From NCBI RefSeq assembly GCF_001194135.2, contig NC_068998.1, forward strand, positions 54,400,266 through 54,440,895: a stretch of 40,630 nucleotides of DNA, written 5' to 3'. This document shows, piece by piece, positions 1 to 12,929 of the stretch. The position numbers were made by a program, and so were the translations under genes. Numbering within the stretch: position 1 is the stretch's first letter; each line of letters begins with the position of its first letter. The stretch is from Octopus bimaculoides. Taxonomy: Eukaryota. Below the pieces are notes generated by a model. That model ran no database searches. It was given only the letters and a program-made list of their open reading frames with translations, and had not been told where the DNA came from.

Positions 1-931
1 TATATATATATATATATATATATTTGAATATAAGTCTGCTTGCTGGATTAGAGCTTGCATAGGTTCAAATGACAACAATGTGCATTGAATGTAAAATCAT
101 TGATGCTACTGATGATGATGATGATGATGAGAGTTGATGGTAGTGGAAGTAATTACAATTTGTCAAAGTCAACTTTATGTGTGTCATCATCCTTCTGGGG
201 ATGCTAAGAGCAGATACCAGTCAAATACTGGGGAAAAAAACTCTAATTGGTTATTCCACTACCTACCCCCCACCATCACCACTACAGCCACCACTCAGTA
301 TTTGCGATATTGTTGCCTATGTTAGAAATCATTATTACTTATTATAAAACAGTAAAAATGACTGAAGAATTTTTTCTTTTTATTATTCTTTTAATGTCTC
401 TGAAAACGTGACAGTTTGTGATATTTTAGAATGGTTTTGATAACTCAAGTTTCAGATTTAACGAGGATTGTTGATGCTCTTCGCTGCAGCTGTTGCACAA
501 ACATACGTTCATACATGCATAGATACATGAATGCATACAAATATGCATGCACGCATTTGTACCTACATGCAGACATATGCATACATACATTCACACATGC
601 AGATATGCATCCAAGCATTTACATATACCACATGCATAGACTACAGATTCATAAATGTAAATATACACACGTACATTTATACATGCAGTCATTTTACATA
701 TAAATATAAGCCTTCAGTCAGTCATACTTAAGCATACATATGCACATCTATACAAACACCCAGTCATACAGTTATACACACATATACAGTAATATATAGA
801 CATACAGTAATTCATACATGCAGACATTTACACAGAAATTCAGTCAATTTTACTTATAAATACACACACATATTCATACAAACATCACATAGATACATAC
901 ACACAAACAATATATCTAGTCATACATACAA

Positions 932-972
<41 letters not shown>

Positions 973-1468
973 TACACACACACACTCACACACACCTAAC
1001 TGATCAATTAAAAACTATAAAGTGAAATCTGAGACAAACTTCATTATCGTTTCCAAATTTTTACTCAATAATCTCTGTCGGATTTGATTTGGCTTTATCT
1101 GTCTTACATTTATTATTGCAAGAATATTGCCGCCACCACTGCCACTGTCACCACCACTGCTAGCATCATCATCATCATCATCGCCGTCGTCGTCAGTGGC
1201 ATCAGCAGCAGCAATGGATTATGGTCACCTTTCCTGGGTGGGCATCAATGGGACAAAGTGAGAAATGTCATTGAGGGGCTCTTTTAGAAGATCTTTGAAG
1301 GCTTCATGATGATGATGATGATGATGATGATGGAGGAGGAGGAGTTGGAAGAGAGAAATTTAACAATGCTTTATGAAAGCATAAAAAATAAAATTTACAA
1401 ACAAAGCACACATCGCAAATCGAGCTGAGAGACTTAATCCATCTTTAAAGACACTTAGAACCAAAAGG

Positions 1469-1509
<41 letters not shown>

Positions 1510-1859
1510 GTCTGTGTCTGTCTGTCTTGTATGAAAAAGATCAGTGTTTCTTTTCCATTTAACTAATTGACAGAAGCCAGGTAAATGTAAACTTCAGCAT
1601 TAGACAGAAAAAAACTCCACAGACTGTTAATCAAGGTACCGTGTGGTTTGGTACTTAGCGAGACAGCAGCACTAATGTCTGTGTTTGGTTTTGTCAAGTT
1701 TGTTGCCAGAAAAACGAAAGGCAGCGGATGAACGTGAATTAAAACGTCAAGATTTCTTCACTGTTAATGTTCTGTCTTCATAACAAACAACATTTGTCAG
1801 GGATACCATTCCGTTGACTCTCTAAGGAAACTCTTCATACTTCTTTAACATGAAAGATA

Positions 1860-1892
<33 letters not shown>

Positions 1893-2108
1893 ATTGTATG
1901 TATTTCTTGTCTTTTTGTCATGCATATGAGTCTTCTGCAACGCCTTTAAGTCAGCACATTTACAGCCAGCCATTGAAAATAGGTAACAGATCTGTTTATT
2001 ATATAATTCAGTAAGATTCGCTACCTGAGAGAGATAGATCGGCATTCCTCTCTGGGAGGTAATAAAAGATATTTGTCACAAAAACATTAATGCCATGAAG
2101 TCAGGCAA

Positions 2109-2143
2109 GGGGCGGGGGTAACCAATGGCTTTTTATGAGTCAC
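2109..2143 (+). promoter_or_regulatory. Tight GC-box / CCAAT / AP-1 motif cluster
   Basis: GGGGCGGGG (2109-2117), AACCAATGG (2120-2128), TGAGTCA (2136-2142) within 35 bp of non-repetitive DNA. Motif match only. Confidence 0.25.
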
Positions 2144-2422
2144 TTATGGTGCCTGGAAGCATTTATGTTACAACAATAGCAACAGAAATAGCAACAGTAA
2201 GCAAGAGAGAGGAATGACCTATATGGTGAAAAACTGTCTCAGAAAATAATCTAGAACAAAAAGAAAAGAAAAAATAAAGGAAAAGAAAACATTAACAAAA
2301 CAATAAGACACATGTAAACAAAACTTATCTCATGGTATTCTTGTTTCACTCCACCATACATAAATACATACATATGCACATACATACATACACACACACA
2401 CCTAACTATATTTATACATATA

Positions 2423-2490
<68 letters not shown>

Positions 2491-3487
2491 TGTACATATG
2501 TATATTTGTACACTCAGGCATATATACCTACACATATAAACACATACATATGGAGTGAGAGAAGATTTTTCTCAATCTCAATTATTTTATTTCTTATATT
2601 TCTCCAGAACACAGCTAAAATATTTGTTATCTTATTTAACGACACTTGAACTTTCACAATAATGACATTTTCCAAAAAAAGAATTAACTAACAAGCTGCC
2701 TTCCTTAATCTCTACTTAAGGAAAAAAGATACACCAACTGAAAACCCCAACGAGAGAAATACAAATATGAAATAACATAGTTTATTATTATCGTTATTAT
2801 TGTTGTTTTTGCTTTTTGTTTTGTCGAGGTTGTTAACAACAACAATATTAATATTTAATAACACAAACAATAATAATAATAATAATAGTTCTAAAAGAAG
2901 GTATTTGGTCTCTTTATAAACAAATATGAAACTGAGTCAGAGAGTACCAAAATATCTTGAATTGTTCTTGAAATAGAAAATAGAAATATAGAGAAAAAAG
3001 AGAAGAGAAATGAGTATCGTTAGGTGTGAAATAGTTGGTTAATGGTGGCGCTAGAGTAAGATTCTTGAGGAATAAACCCACTCATAGCTGCAGGGTTAAG
3101 AACTAAAGCTAATATTTTAGTATATTTACTTTAGTCATTAGTCATACTAGCTTCACTCAAGTAGAAAAGAAAAAGGCGAGGGAGGAGATGGAGAAGGGGT
3201 TTGCCAATGATTCAACAGCAAGATAAAATTTTGGGTCTGAGAGTTGAGAGTTCGACTCCTTGTCATATCGATAAGAGTGTGGGTGGGTGGGTGATTGGGG
3301 ATGTACCTTGACAAAATGTATCCGTAGACATTTGAACTAGATTGGCAAAATTAGTCAAAAAACAACATCCAGCCATCCAGTCAGTCTGGAGTGGAATTAA
3401 AGAATTGGGTGGAAGTAACAAGAGAGGCACAGTCTCAGAGCTGTAGTCTTAGAAAGCAGGACTGCAGTGCTATGTTTGGTGAAGGAT

Positions 3488-3647
3488 TTAACTCTTTCGT
3501 TACTGTATTTATTTTGAAATGCTCTGTGTTTCTTTCAAAATTGTGACTAGGGTTTGGTGGGAGGTTTTAATTCAAAACTTATGAAAACAAGACATTTGTC
3601 CTCAGAGCCAGAGCTGGTTTCAGCCGGGTTGATAATGAAAGGGTTAA
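3488..3647. mobile_element. piggyBac-like MITE, family 1 (160 bp)
   Basis: Ends TTAACTCTTTCGTTAC ... ATAATGAAAGGGTTAA; interior shared with 8826-8940. Confidence 0.85.
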
Positions 3648-4019
3648 GGTAACAAATAGTAGCAGGGACAACAAAATGCAAAGAAATGGCTAGAACCAGT
3701 CACTTTTGCCCCAAAATTTGAGTCTTTGCTGCAGTACTTAGTCTCACTTAAAGATTTTCAAGATTTTATGTCTTGTAAAAAAAAAAAAAAAAATAAAAAC
3801 AGCCTGTTATTTACACATCCACAATTATAAGTATTCCAATAACACTTCAAAATTTTTAGTAAAACTTTTACATTACATTAAAAAAAAACTAAAACATAAA
3901 ATCATTCATGGTAATATATCACAACTATTAGCATGATCATTATTATTATTATTATTATTATATTTTAAAGGATTGACGTAACTCTTCACAAAGGTAAATT
4001 ATTATTATTTAAATTTCAC

Positions 4020-4180
4020 AGAAGTCTACTTGGCCTTTCATTCTTTCAGGGTTGAGAAAAATAAGTACCTGGTGAATACTGGGGTTGATGTAATCAACTT
4101 ACCCCTTCCCTGAACTTGCTGGCCTTGTGCCAAAATTTGAAACTATTATCACCATTACCATTATTATTATTATCATTATC
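4020..4180 (+). mobile_element. Family D SINE, 3' half
   Basis: ttggcctttcattctttcagggttg...ggggttgatgtaatcaactt...ggccttgtgccaaaatttgaaac plus ATT-rich tail. Confidence 0.85.
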
Positions 4181-4919
4181 GAATGTGTCTGAGTTTATTA
4201 GCTACATTTCTATAGCTACACACACACACACACACAAGATATTTCAACTAAACAGCCATTAAAATGCTACTCAACACATTGTTACCATCATTAACATTTT
4301 ATGAACATTAGTTTTCTCCATACTTGTCTGGTTATGAAGTGATTCTTGAACATTGCTACATTTTATCTTTCGTCTCATTTCTTCTATGGTTTCATAACCA
4401 ACTCTATAATGTTCGAATTTATCCTTAAAGTTTTCCTCTCACAACAAATACTAAAATATAGAATAGAGATGTTTCCGATAGTCTCAAGAGAGTAATAACT
4501 CCCAGTGCTTCAGTTCTGGTTTTTATGGCACAAAAACAAACAAACAAACAAACAAACAAAAACAAAATAGGAGTTGAATTTCTTTCAGGATAAGACACCA
4601 GTCTATTTACCAATAAATGGTGCTGCTGTTCCTCTTGGAGAGATCTAAACACTATAAAGAACACAGGCCTGTACTCCATAGTTCTTAGCAACCTTTGTCA
4701 TAATTTGCCTCGTTATTTACTAATAAAGATGAAAGAAAAAAAAATTGAGTTTTAAAACTGATGTTTTTAAATCTCAATTTTTCTTGTTTATTTCTGTCAA
4801 CAGACAATTTTTCTCATTTATTGGTTTTAATTAAAATTCAAAGATTAATAAAGTTGAGTCCACTCTAGTGAACTATTATCAACAACTCAATATCCCCCAC
4901 TCTCTCTCTCTCTCTCTCT

Positions 4920-5045
4920 CTTACTGGTTTTGGTCATTAGACTGTGGCCATGCTGGGGCATGCTTCGAAGAATGTTAGTTGAACAACTCAACCTCAGTAC
5001 TTCAGCAGTGCCCCAGCCTGGCCGCAGTCCAATGATGGAAACTCG
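4920..5045. mobile_element. Two family A SINE 3' ends fused in inverted orientation
   Basis: 4934-4960 tcattagactgtggccatgctggggca is the reverse complement (3 mismatches) of 5009-5035 tgccccagcctggccgcagtccaatga. Confidence 0.8.
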
Positions 5046-5329
5046 TAGCAGAAGAAAGAAGTCTACGTCAAGACTAAAAAGTATACACAGTCCTGTAGAA
5101 GTCTGGGAATATTTATTCTTAGTATTAACAGTTGCAGGGAGTAAGAAGGGGTCAAACGTGACCCCAAACTCCCAACTGACAAATTCTTTTATTTGTCTTT
5201 CTTTCAATAGCTTGTTTCTGGAGGAGGAAAAGATGGGGGGGGGAGAGAGATTGCAAATATTTTTGTACATTTTGTTGTAAAAAAAAAAAAACCTAAACAA
5301 AATTGGAATTTCAATGTATGTCCCACAGA

Positions 5330-5375
5330 AATATATATATATAACAGATATTTATAAACACACACACATATACAT

Positions 5376-5431
<56 letters not shown>

Positions 5432-5600
5432 GCATGCATACAAATATTTATACATACATATATGCACATACACAGACACACACACACATAAACATACATA
5501 CACACATATATATATGCATACATACAGATATTTATACATACATATATATTCATACACACCACAAATACACACACACACACACATACATACATAGGTACGT
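5330..5600. repeat. Compound (TA)n/(CA)n microsatellite block, representative of many (also 520-995, 2370-2490, 9990-10215, 12290-12430, 15790-15905, 26227-26385, 31130-31535, 37574-37660)
   Basis: Direct reading; many contig ends terminate in such SSRs. Confidence 0.95.
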
Positions 5601-6121
5601 ACATAAGTATTAGTTTTTTGCAAGTGCTTGGGTGAAACCATTTTTATCATCTCCGATATTTTGGCTTCTTAAATATTAAAAAAAAAACAAGAAAGAATAC
5701 ATAATAAACAAATAAAGAAAAGTAATAAAAAATTAAAAACAAAAACAAAACTGATTTTTTTTTTTTCTTCTTTTTCTTCTTCTCATAACCTCAACTCCAA
5801 CCTTTAACCCCTATCTGTACCAATCCGCTAAGCACCCGAACTAACCCCAGAAAGGGATAAAGAAAAAGAAAAAGACAAACCTCAACAGTTTAAAAAAAAA
5901 AACAAACAATACATTAAAAGGAGTAAAAAAAAAAGGTAAAAGACAAACAGTTCTTGTTGGAATGGAATCGAGTAAAAACTGACAGAATGGAACTGAAGTG
6001 AACCAAACCAAACCAAGAATGGAACTTGGGGTTTGTTTCTGTTTGTTTATTATATATTTAAAACTTCCCTTTTTTTTTTCTCTCCTTTTTTTTTTACATT
6101 TTACTTTACTTTGGACAGCAT

Positions 6122-6160
6122 AGATGATGATGATGATGATGATGATGGTGATGATGATGG

Positions 6161-6204
<44 letters not shown>

Positions 6205-6265
6205 GTGATGATGATGGTGATGATGTTGATGATAGTGGTAGTGATGATGATTTTGATGATGATGG
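6122..6265. repeat. Long interrupted (GAT)n trinucleotide tract
   Basis: Direct reading; source of the poly-D, poly-M and poly-H ORFs. Similar GAT/GGT tracts at about 12590-12640 and 12896-12985. Confidence 0.95.
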
Positions 6266-6897
6266 AATGTTTTGACTTGTTTATTTGTTTTAATTGTTGC
6301 AAGCCAGCAATTGATTGTGCAGCTTTCATGCTTTTCCTTATCACTCACTAACCATTTAACTATGAAGCCCTTTGCACACATGTGTGCACGCATGCACACA
6401 TGTGTGTGTGTGTGCATGCATGTCTATGTGTGTGTGTGTGTGTGTACACACACATATATATACGTGCATGTGTGTGTGTACATTTCTTAATGATGCATAT
6501 TGATAAAAAACCCACCAAAAGCCAATATTTTCAAATAAAATATAATAAAGCAAAACTGTGTGTTATTAGTTTCCTGCTGAGTTGGCACAGACAATCCCTT
6601 GTTTGAGTCACCCATCAGAAATGCACTGAAGCAGTGCTTGAGTCCATTGTAAACCAGTAAAGCAAAGACAATACTGTTCATCAATTACGATATTAGACAT
6701 AAAATATAAATAAGTCCCGCATCTATTCACATAGAAAATATGATCCCTGAATTAAGTCTAACCTTTAGTAAGAAAACATCAGTTCAGGTTTTAACCTCTT
6801 AAATCCGGTGCTCCATGGTTCAACAAACGCCATGGCCTGGCATGTTTTAGATTTTTGGCTTAAGGCTTTATATGAAATGGGTGATTTGATAGACTCT

Positions 6898-7700
6898 GTT
6901 CAGTTGGAGGATGCGGACAATTTGACTGGCTGTAGTGAGTTGGAGGACTGTAGGCAATTTGACTGGCTGTAGTGAGCTGGAGGACTGTAGGCAATTTGAC
7001 TGACTGTGGTGAGCTGGAGGACTGTAGGCNNNNNNNNNNNNNNNNNNNNNNNNNNNNNNNNNNNNNNNNNNNNNNNNNNNNNNNNNNNNNNNNNNNNNNN
7101 NNNNNNNNNNNNNNNNNNNNNNNNNNNNNNNNNNNNNNNNNNNNNNNNNNNNNNNNNNNNNNNNNNNNNNNNNNNNNNNNNNNNNNNNNNNNNNNNNNNN
7201 NNNNNNNNNNNNNNNNNNNNNNNNNNNNNNNNNNNNNNNNNNNNNNNNNNNNNNNNNNNNNNNNNNNNNNNNNNNNNNNNNNNNNNNNNNNNNNNNNNNN
7301 NNNNNNNNNNNNNNNNNNNNNNNNNNNNNNNNNNNNNNNNNNNNNNNNNNNNNNNNNNNNNNNNNNNNNNNNNNNNNNNNNNNNNNNNNNNNNNNNNNNN
7401 NNNNNNNNNNNNNNNNNNNNNNTGGCTGTAGTGAGTTGGAGGACTGTAGGCAATTTGACTGGCTGTAGTGAGTTGGAGGACTGTAGGCAATTTGACTGGC
7501 TGTAGTGAGTTGGAGGACTGTAGGCAATTTGACTGGCTGTAGTGAGCTGGAGGACTGTAGGCAATTTGACTGGCTGTAGTGAGTTGGAGGACTGTAGGCA
7601 ATTTGACTGGCTGTAGTGAGCTGGAGGACAGTTTGACAGGTTGCAAAATTGGGCAATTTGACAGGATCTGACAAGTTGGAAGATTGTGGACAGTTTGAGA
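6898..7700. repeat. 37-bp minisatellite spanning an N-gap
   Basis: Unit gcaatttgactggctgtagtgag(t/c)tggaggactgtag; about 3 units before and 5.5 after the gap, with degenerate units at both edges. Confidence 0.95.
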
Positions 7701-8685
7701 GGATCTGTTGGGTTGGGTGACCATTTGAATCATCAGAGCATGCCATGGTCCTCTGATTAGTTGGATGATTCTTTCTAATTCATCCCAGCATCAAAGGCAA
7801 ACACAGAATTTAACTGCTATAAATTAGTGATACTACTACAATACACAAAATATTTTATCAAATTTTTAATACAGTTTCTAATAATATTTAATTATAAAAA
7901 TATAAAATGATTTTTTAACCATTGAATGGCTAGGAGGATACGTCTGAGTAAGATAGGAATCAAAGAAATCCACAGATGAAAAAAATGGTCGAGAGCTACT
8001 GATCTAACTCATGCTAGCATGGAAAAGCAGACGTAAAACTGAATGGACAACCTGTCCTCTGAGAACCATTGCCTTAGTGTATCCACCCAGCAGGTCATGG
8101 TATCCGGCATTAATATTTGATAGTAAGCGAGTGCCTTGTGGTCTTGTTGTTTTATTACAACGAGACCACAAGATAGACAACAGCAACGGTTGCATATATT
8201 GCTGCCATTAATGGATGTCTCCTCTGGCTTGGTATTTTTACGATGCCCATGACCTTTGCTAAATCCACTTGCCCTGTTGCAATCGATGCAGCTTCTGTTG
8301 AGTTTTAACTGATCTCACTTTTAATTAATGTCTGCAGGAAAAAACATTTGCGGAACCAAGCAGTATATATCTCACAGTGAAGAAGAATAAATAAAGAATC
8401 AAATGAAATTGCCATTTCCATATTCCGAAAATGTTGGAAATCAGGAAAAGAAAAGCAAACACAACAAAAAGAAAAAGAAGAAAAAAAAACGGTAAAGAAA
8501 TATTTTTGATACATAAATTGCAAAACATCAGGGAAGTAGTCAACTGGAACTACAAGTGCGCACACACACACACACATGCACACCCACACACACACTTTAC
8601 TAACACTGTAAAGAGGGGTTGTGGATCACTATACACCTCACCGTCTGTTAAGCCATTAATGCAGTATACATACACACACACCTGT

Positions 8686-9130
8686 TATCTTTTACTTGTT
8701 TCAGTCATTAGACTGCGGCCATGCTGGGGCACCACCATTCTAAAAATCACACAAGCAACTCATTTGACAAGTTTCAGCATATTTACCACCAACCTTAATT
8801 TCACTGACAAAATCTGACAAAAACATTAACCCTTTCGTTACTGTATTTATTTTGAGATGGTGGAAGATTTTAATTGAAAACTTATGAAAACAAGACATTT
8901 ATACTCAGAGCCAGAGCCGGTTCGGTAACGAAAGGGTTAAGCTGTATTTCACATCTTTTAGTAGCTCAGTGTGTGTGTCCCTCCTTGTATTTATCTCCAT
9001 ACCACTTGGCACCTGATGTTGGTTTTTTTTTTTTTTTATGATAAAATAAGTACAAGACTTAGAAGACAAGTTCTGGGGCCAATTTGCTTGACTAAACCCA
9101 TTAAGGCAGTGCTCCAGAATGGCTGGAACA
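8686..9130. mobile_element. Family A SINE 3' fragments (about 8686-8735 minus; about 9000-9130 plus) on either side of a MITE
   Basis: ttttacttgtttcagtcattagactgcggccatgctggggcacc and ttgcttgactaaacccattaaggcagtgctccag. Confidence 0.7.
8826..8940. mobile_element. piggyBac-like MITE, family 1, shorter derivative (115 bp)
   Basis: Perfect 16-bp inverted ends including TTAA: TTAACCCTTTCGTTAC / GTAACGAAAGGGTTAA. Confidence 0.9.
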
Positions 9131-10000
9131 TGTAACAGCTAAAAGCTATACCACAAAGCATTTCTTTTCTAGCTGCTGACGGCCTATTGAGTCAGTAAAT
9201 TCACTGCCCTCACTTAAGTCAGTGTCACCAGAATGTAGGGCTGTGTTAAGATCCTAACTGCGGAAAAATTAAGCAGAGACAACAAAACAAACAAGTCTTT
9301 GGCTAATAATGTTGTTTGCATTTTCATGACTGTTATTCTTCACATTTTAGTAGCCCAGCTGATTGGCTGGCAACCAGGAAAAGAGGATTTTGGAAATAAC
9401 AAATTAGACTTGGAATTCCAAAGAGGCTCTTTGCTGCTCTCTCTCTCTCTCTCTCCCCCCTTCTATTTTTCTCTCTCTCTCTCTCTCTCTCTCTCCCCAC
9501 TCCCAATCTCTTCCTCCTGCACCCCACTCTCATGCCAAATGCAGCACAATTGCCATAATACTTATGCTTTCTACCTTTTGTGTCACCTCCACTAATGTAA
9601 CATCACCTACTACTACAACCACCACCACCACTGTATATAATGGTGATGGTGATGATGATGATGATGACAAAAAAACAGACAACCTTATTACTGTACATGC
9701 GATGGATGTTAGTTGTCCCCATGGTTTTCTCTGCAGGTAGCGCAATAAGAGAGTAATTTGTAAACAAATTATTCTCCTTCTCAGAAACCACCCACACAAA
9801 CCCTCTCCCCACCCCTGCCACCATCTCATGCTCGAAATAACAATACTCTCTCAGTCTTTATTCTTCTGCTGAGAATATTTACGTGTATATGTGCATGTGT
9901 ACATACACACATATACACATCTATACACCCACTCAAATATATATGCACATATCTCTATTATATATAAACATATATAATAAAATATAGCATGATAAATAGA

Positions 10001-10066
<66 letters not shown>

Positions 10067-10497
10067 NNNNNNNNNNNNNNNNNNNNNNNNNNNNNNNNNN
10101 NNNNNNNNNNNNNNNNNNNNNNNNNNNNNNNNNNNNNNNNNNNNNNNNNNNNNNNNNNNNNNNNNNNNNNNNNNNNNNNNNNNNNNNATACATATATATA
10201 TATATATATATATAGGTAGATATGTGTGTTTAAACATACAATCAGGAGACAAAGTACTCAATACATGAACTAAGAGTATATTTCTTCAAAGTTGATGATT
10301 CACCCTGTTGCTACCCCAGGATAGAGGTTTTGTTTTTTTTTAATCTTTGCATCTGTTCAGATGACAAAGAGAATCTTGGTGGCACGATAGAATGAATCAT
10401 ATCTTTAAAATAACAGGCATATTTACGCACACGGATTAAACTTGAACACAGCCATGTACACACTGTAGTAGGGTCTGAAGAAACTCTCTTTCCTCGT

Positions 10498-10535
<38 letters not shown>

Positions 10536-10841
10536 CACGCGTGTGTGCAAAGAAGTTTCCTTCAAAACTCTGAGTAGAGATGAATGAGTCTAAGTTTAGC
10601 CCTTTTCTTATTTCAGTTTTTTTATTAATTTCCTATATTTTTAGTGTAGGTTATTCCTATGTGGGTTGGGTCCAGGTTTTAGAACTGGTAAACCATGTAA
10701 GCATGTTCCCTGCATGTCATAAGTATTGACTGAAAAGGTTGGCAACAGGAAAGGCATCTGGCTGTACAACACTGCTGCAGAAAACCTGTCCAATTCTTGC
10801 CAGTTTGGAAAACTAGTCATCAAATGGTGATNNNNNNNNNN

Positions 10842-11135
10842 GCTAGGATATTCGGCTCATGATGGTAAGGTCATGAGTTTGATTCCTGGCAGTGTGTTGT
10901 GTCCTTGAGCAAGACACTTTATTTTCCATGTTGCTCCAGTCCACTCAGCTAGCAAAAATGAGTAGTACCTGTAATTCTAAAGGGGCCGGCCTTGTCACAT
11001 TCCGTGTCATGCAGAATCTCCCTGAGAAGTGTGTTAAGAGTACATGTGTCTGTGGAGTGCTCAGCCACTTGCACGTTAATTTCGCAAGCAGGCTGTTCCG
11101 TTGATCGGATCAAGTGGAACTCTCAACATCGCAAC
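10842..11135 (+). mobile_element. tRNA-derived SINE, family E, with a conserved-core-like central domain (Meta/Nin/V type uncertain)
   Basis: B-box gagtttgattcc followed by ttgtgtccttgagcaagacacttt...gctccagtccactcagct...aaatgagta, a motif typical of core-domain SINE superfamilies. Confidence 0.8.
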
Positions 11136-11179
11136 TCATTAGCTGCTCGTTAAAAGTTTAAAACGGTGACAGAAAATGG

Positions 11180-11483
11180 GTAGAAGAATGGCTGCATGGT
11201 TAAGGAGCAAACACATGGTTTTGGATTCAGTCCCACTGCACCTTTGACAAGGGTCTTCTACTTAGAGTTCCAGACTGTTGGATGTGTGTGTGTGTATGTG
11301 TGTACTGGTGTTGGTTTGTTTACATTCCTGTGACTTAGTGGTTCAGCAAAAGAGACTGCTGGAATAATAATACCAGACTTCCAAATAGGAACTGGGGTTG
11401 GCATGATTGATTTAACCTTTCAAGAGGCTGCTGTAGCATGGCCATGATCCAATAACTGAAACAAGTGAAAGATAAAAAGATAA
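11180..11483 (+). mobile_element. tRNA-derived SINE, family A (cagcatggccacagtc-type 3' end), near full length
   Basis: A-box-like tggctgcatggtt, B-box-like ggattcagtccc, internal (TG)n, 3' end tagcatggccatgatccaataactgaaacaag. Homologous to other copies in the window. Confidence 0.85.
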
Positions 11484-12287
11484 CAGAGCCTTAGCTCCAT
11501 TAATGCTTCCACATCTTCTTGGTCTTATCTTCAGGAAGAAAAGGTGGTTAATTATATCTTTCTGTTTTTTTAATGGTTGTGTTTTCATGGCAGGCTGTGA
11601 GGATTATGGGAATGATTTGTAACAAATAATATCATTAATGATGCCAAATTTAAAACTGTATCCATTATTCCACATAATAACAGAACAGGAAACCTGAAAA
11701 CATCATTAATAAATAAGAAGACAAGTTAAGTCTTGTTTCTAATACATATATTTAATCATGTGAGTGTGTGTATGTGTACGTATATCATCGTCATCAATAT
11801 CATCATCATTGTCCTCATCAACATCATCATCAACATCGTCGTTGCCGTTGTCATCATCATCATTATCACCATTGTTTCTACGTCTGCCTTTTCCATGCTG
11901 GTATGGGTTGGATGAAACTAGTCAAAGCATTATTCTATGGTTCGATGACATTCTTGATTGCTCTTCAACTACGGCACTTTTTATTCCACAACTTCAGCCA
12001 AACTGCTGAGTAGCTGGACTTATTGCTCCTCTGACCTGTAAACATCAGCATTTGCTAACCAAACGGTGTTTGTGCAAAGATGGGCACATATGCATATGTA
12101 TGCACGTCTGCATGTCACATGCATGTGTGTGTTTCTCCTGCCCATATATAGAAATACGACAGGCCTCTGTACAGTTCCAAAACTGGCCCAAGATGCCAAA
12201 TAGTGTGACAAAACCCCAGATCACGAGGTTGCAAAACCAACTTCTTAACCACACAGCAATGTTTATACATTTATTACAAGCATGTGC

Positions 12288-12319
<32 letters not shown>

Positions 12320-12891
12320 TCATGTATATACATGTATGTATGTATATGCATACACACACACACACGTGTCAGTGTGTTAGTGCGTATATGTATATATATA
12401 TATGCACACACAGACACATATGTGTGTGTATATAATTATTACCAAAGCATTAGTCAGTTTGATGGAAACTCCCAGATGTAAATTAACAGAGTTAAATAAA
12501 TTATACGATATATTGAGTTTCTTGTCTTAATACAAATGCTGTCAACAGGATGAACAATAGTCATACAACGGCAGAGTCAGGGATGACAACGATGATGGTG
12601 ATGATGATGGTGATGATGATGGTGATGATGATGGTGATGACGGCATCAAAGACGATAGATTTAATAGTCTGCAATTATTAACAATTGCATCTCTAATGGC
12701 AAACAATGTCTACATCTTGATGATGTAAAAGTCTCAGTGTTTATGATGATGATGGTGGTGGTGGTGGTGTTTGTGATGGGTGAGGGTGATGGTGATGACA
12801 TTGTCTAAGATGTTGCTGGTGGTGGCAGTGGTGGTGGGGGAGTTCAAATGATAAGACCATGAAGACTATATTGACATCAGTTGCTTCAATG

Positions 12892-12929
<38 letters not shown>

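Noticed and set aside
460-510. Protein-like DLTRIVDALRCSCCTNI after tttcag
   Set aside because: No credible splice donor; it runs into low-complexity CA/TA sequence.
1617-1683. Nested hairpin cacagac..aaggtacc/ggtactt..gtctgtg
   Set aside because: Only two 7-bp stems with large asymmetric bulges; not pre-miRNA-like.
6898-7630. Regularly spaced repeat resembling a CRISPR array
   Set aside because: Units are contiguous with no unique spacers, the context is eukaryotic and there are no cas genes.
6860-7746. Three long minus-strand ORFs (234-292 aa) with repeated peptide
   Set aside because: They come from a stop-free 37-bp unit plus Ns; the unit is not a multiple of 3 and the same peptide appears in all frames.
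8009-8314. About 100-codon stop-free stretch on the minus strand, near a plausible acceptor at about 8335
   Set aside because: All frames directly after the acceptor hit stops, there is no early ATG or recognisable domain, and the 3' end overlaps a SINE tail.
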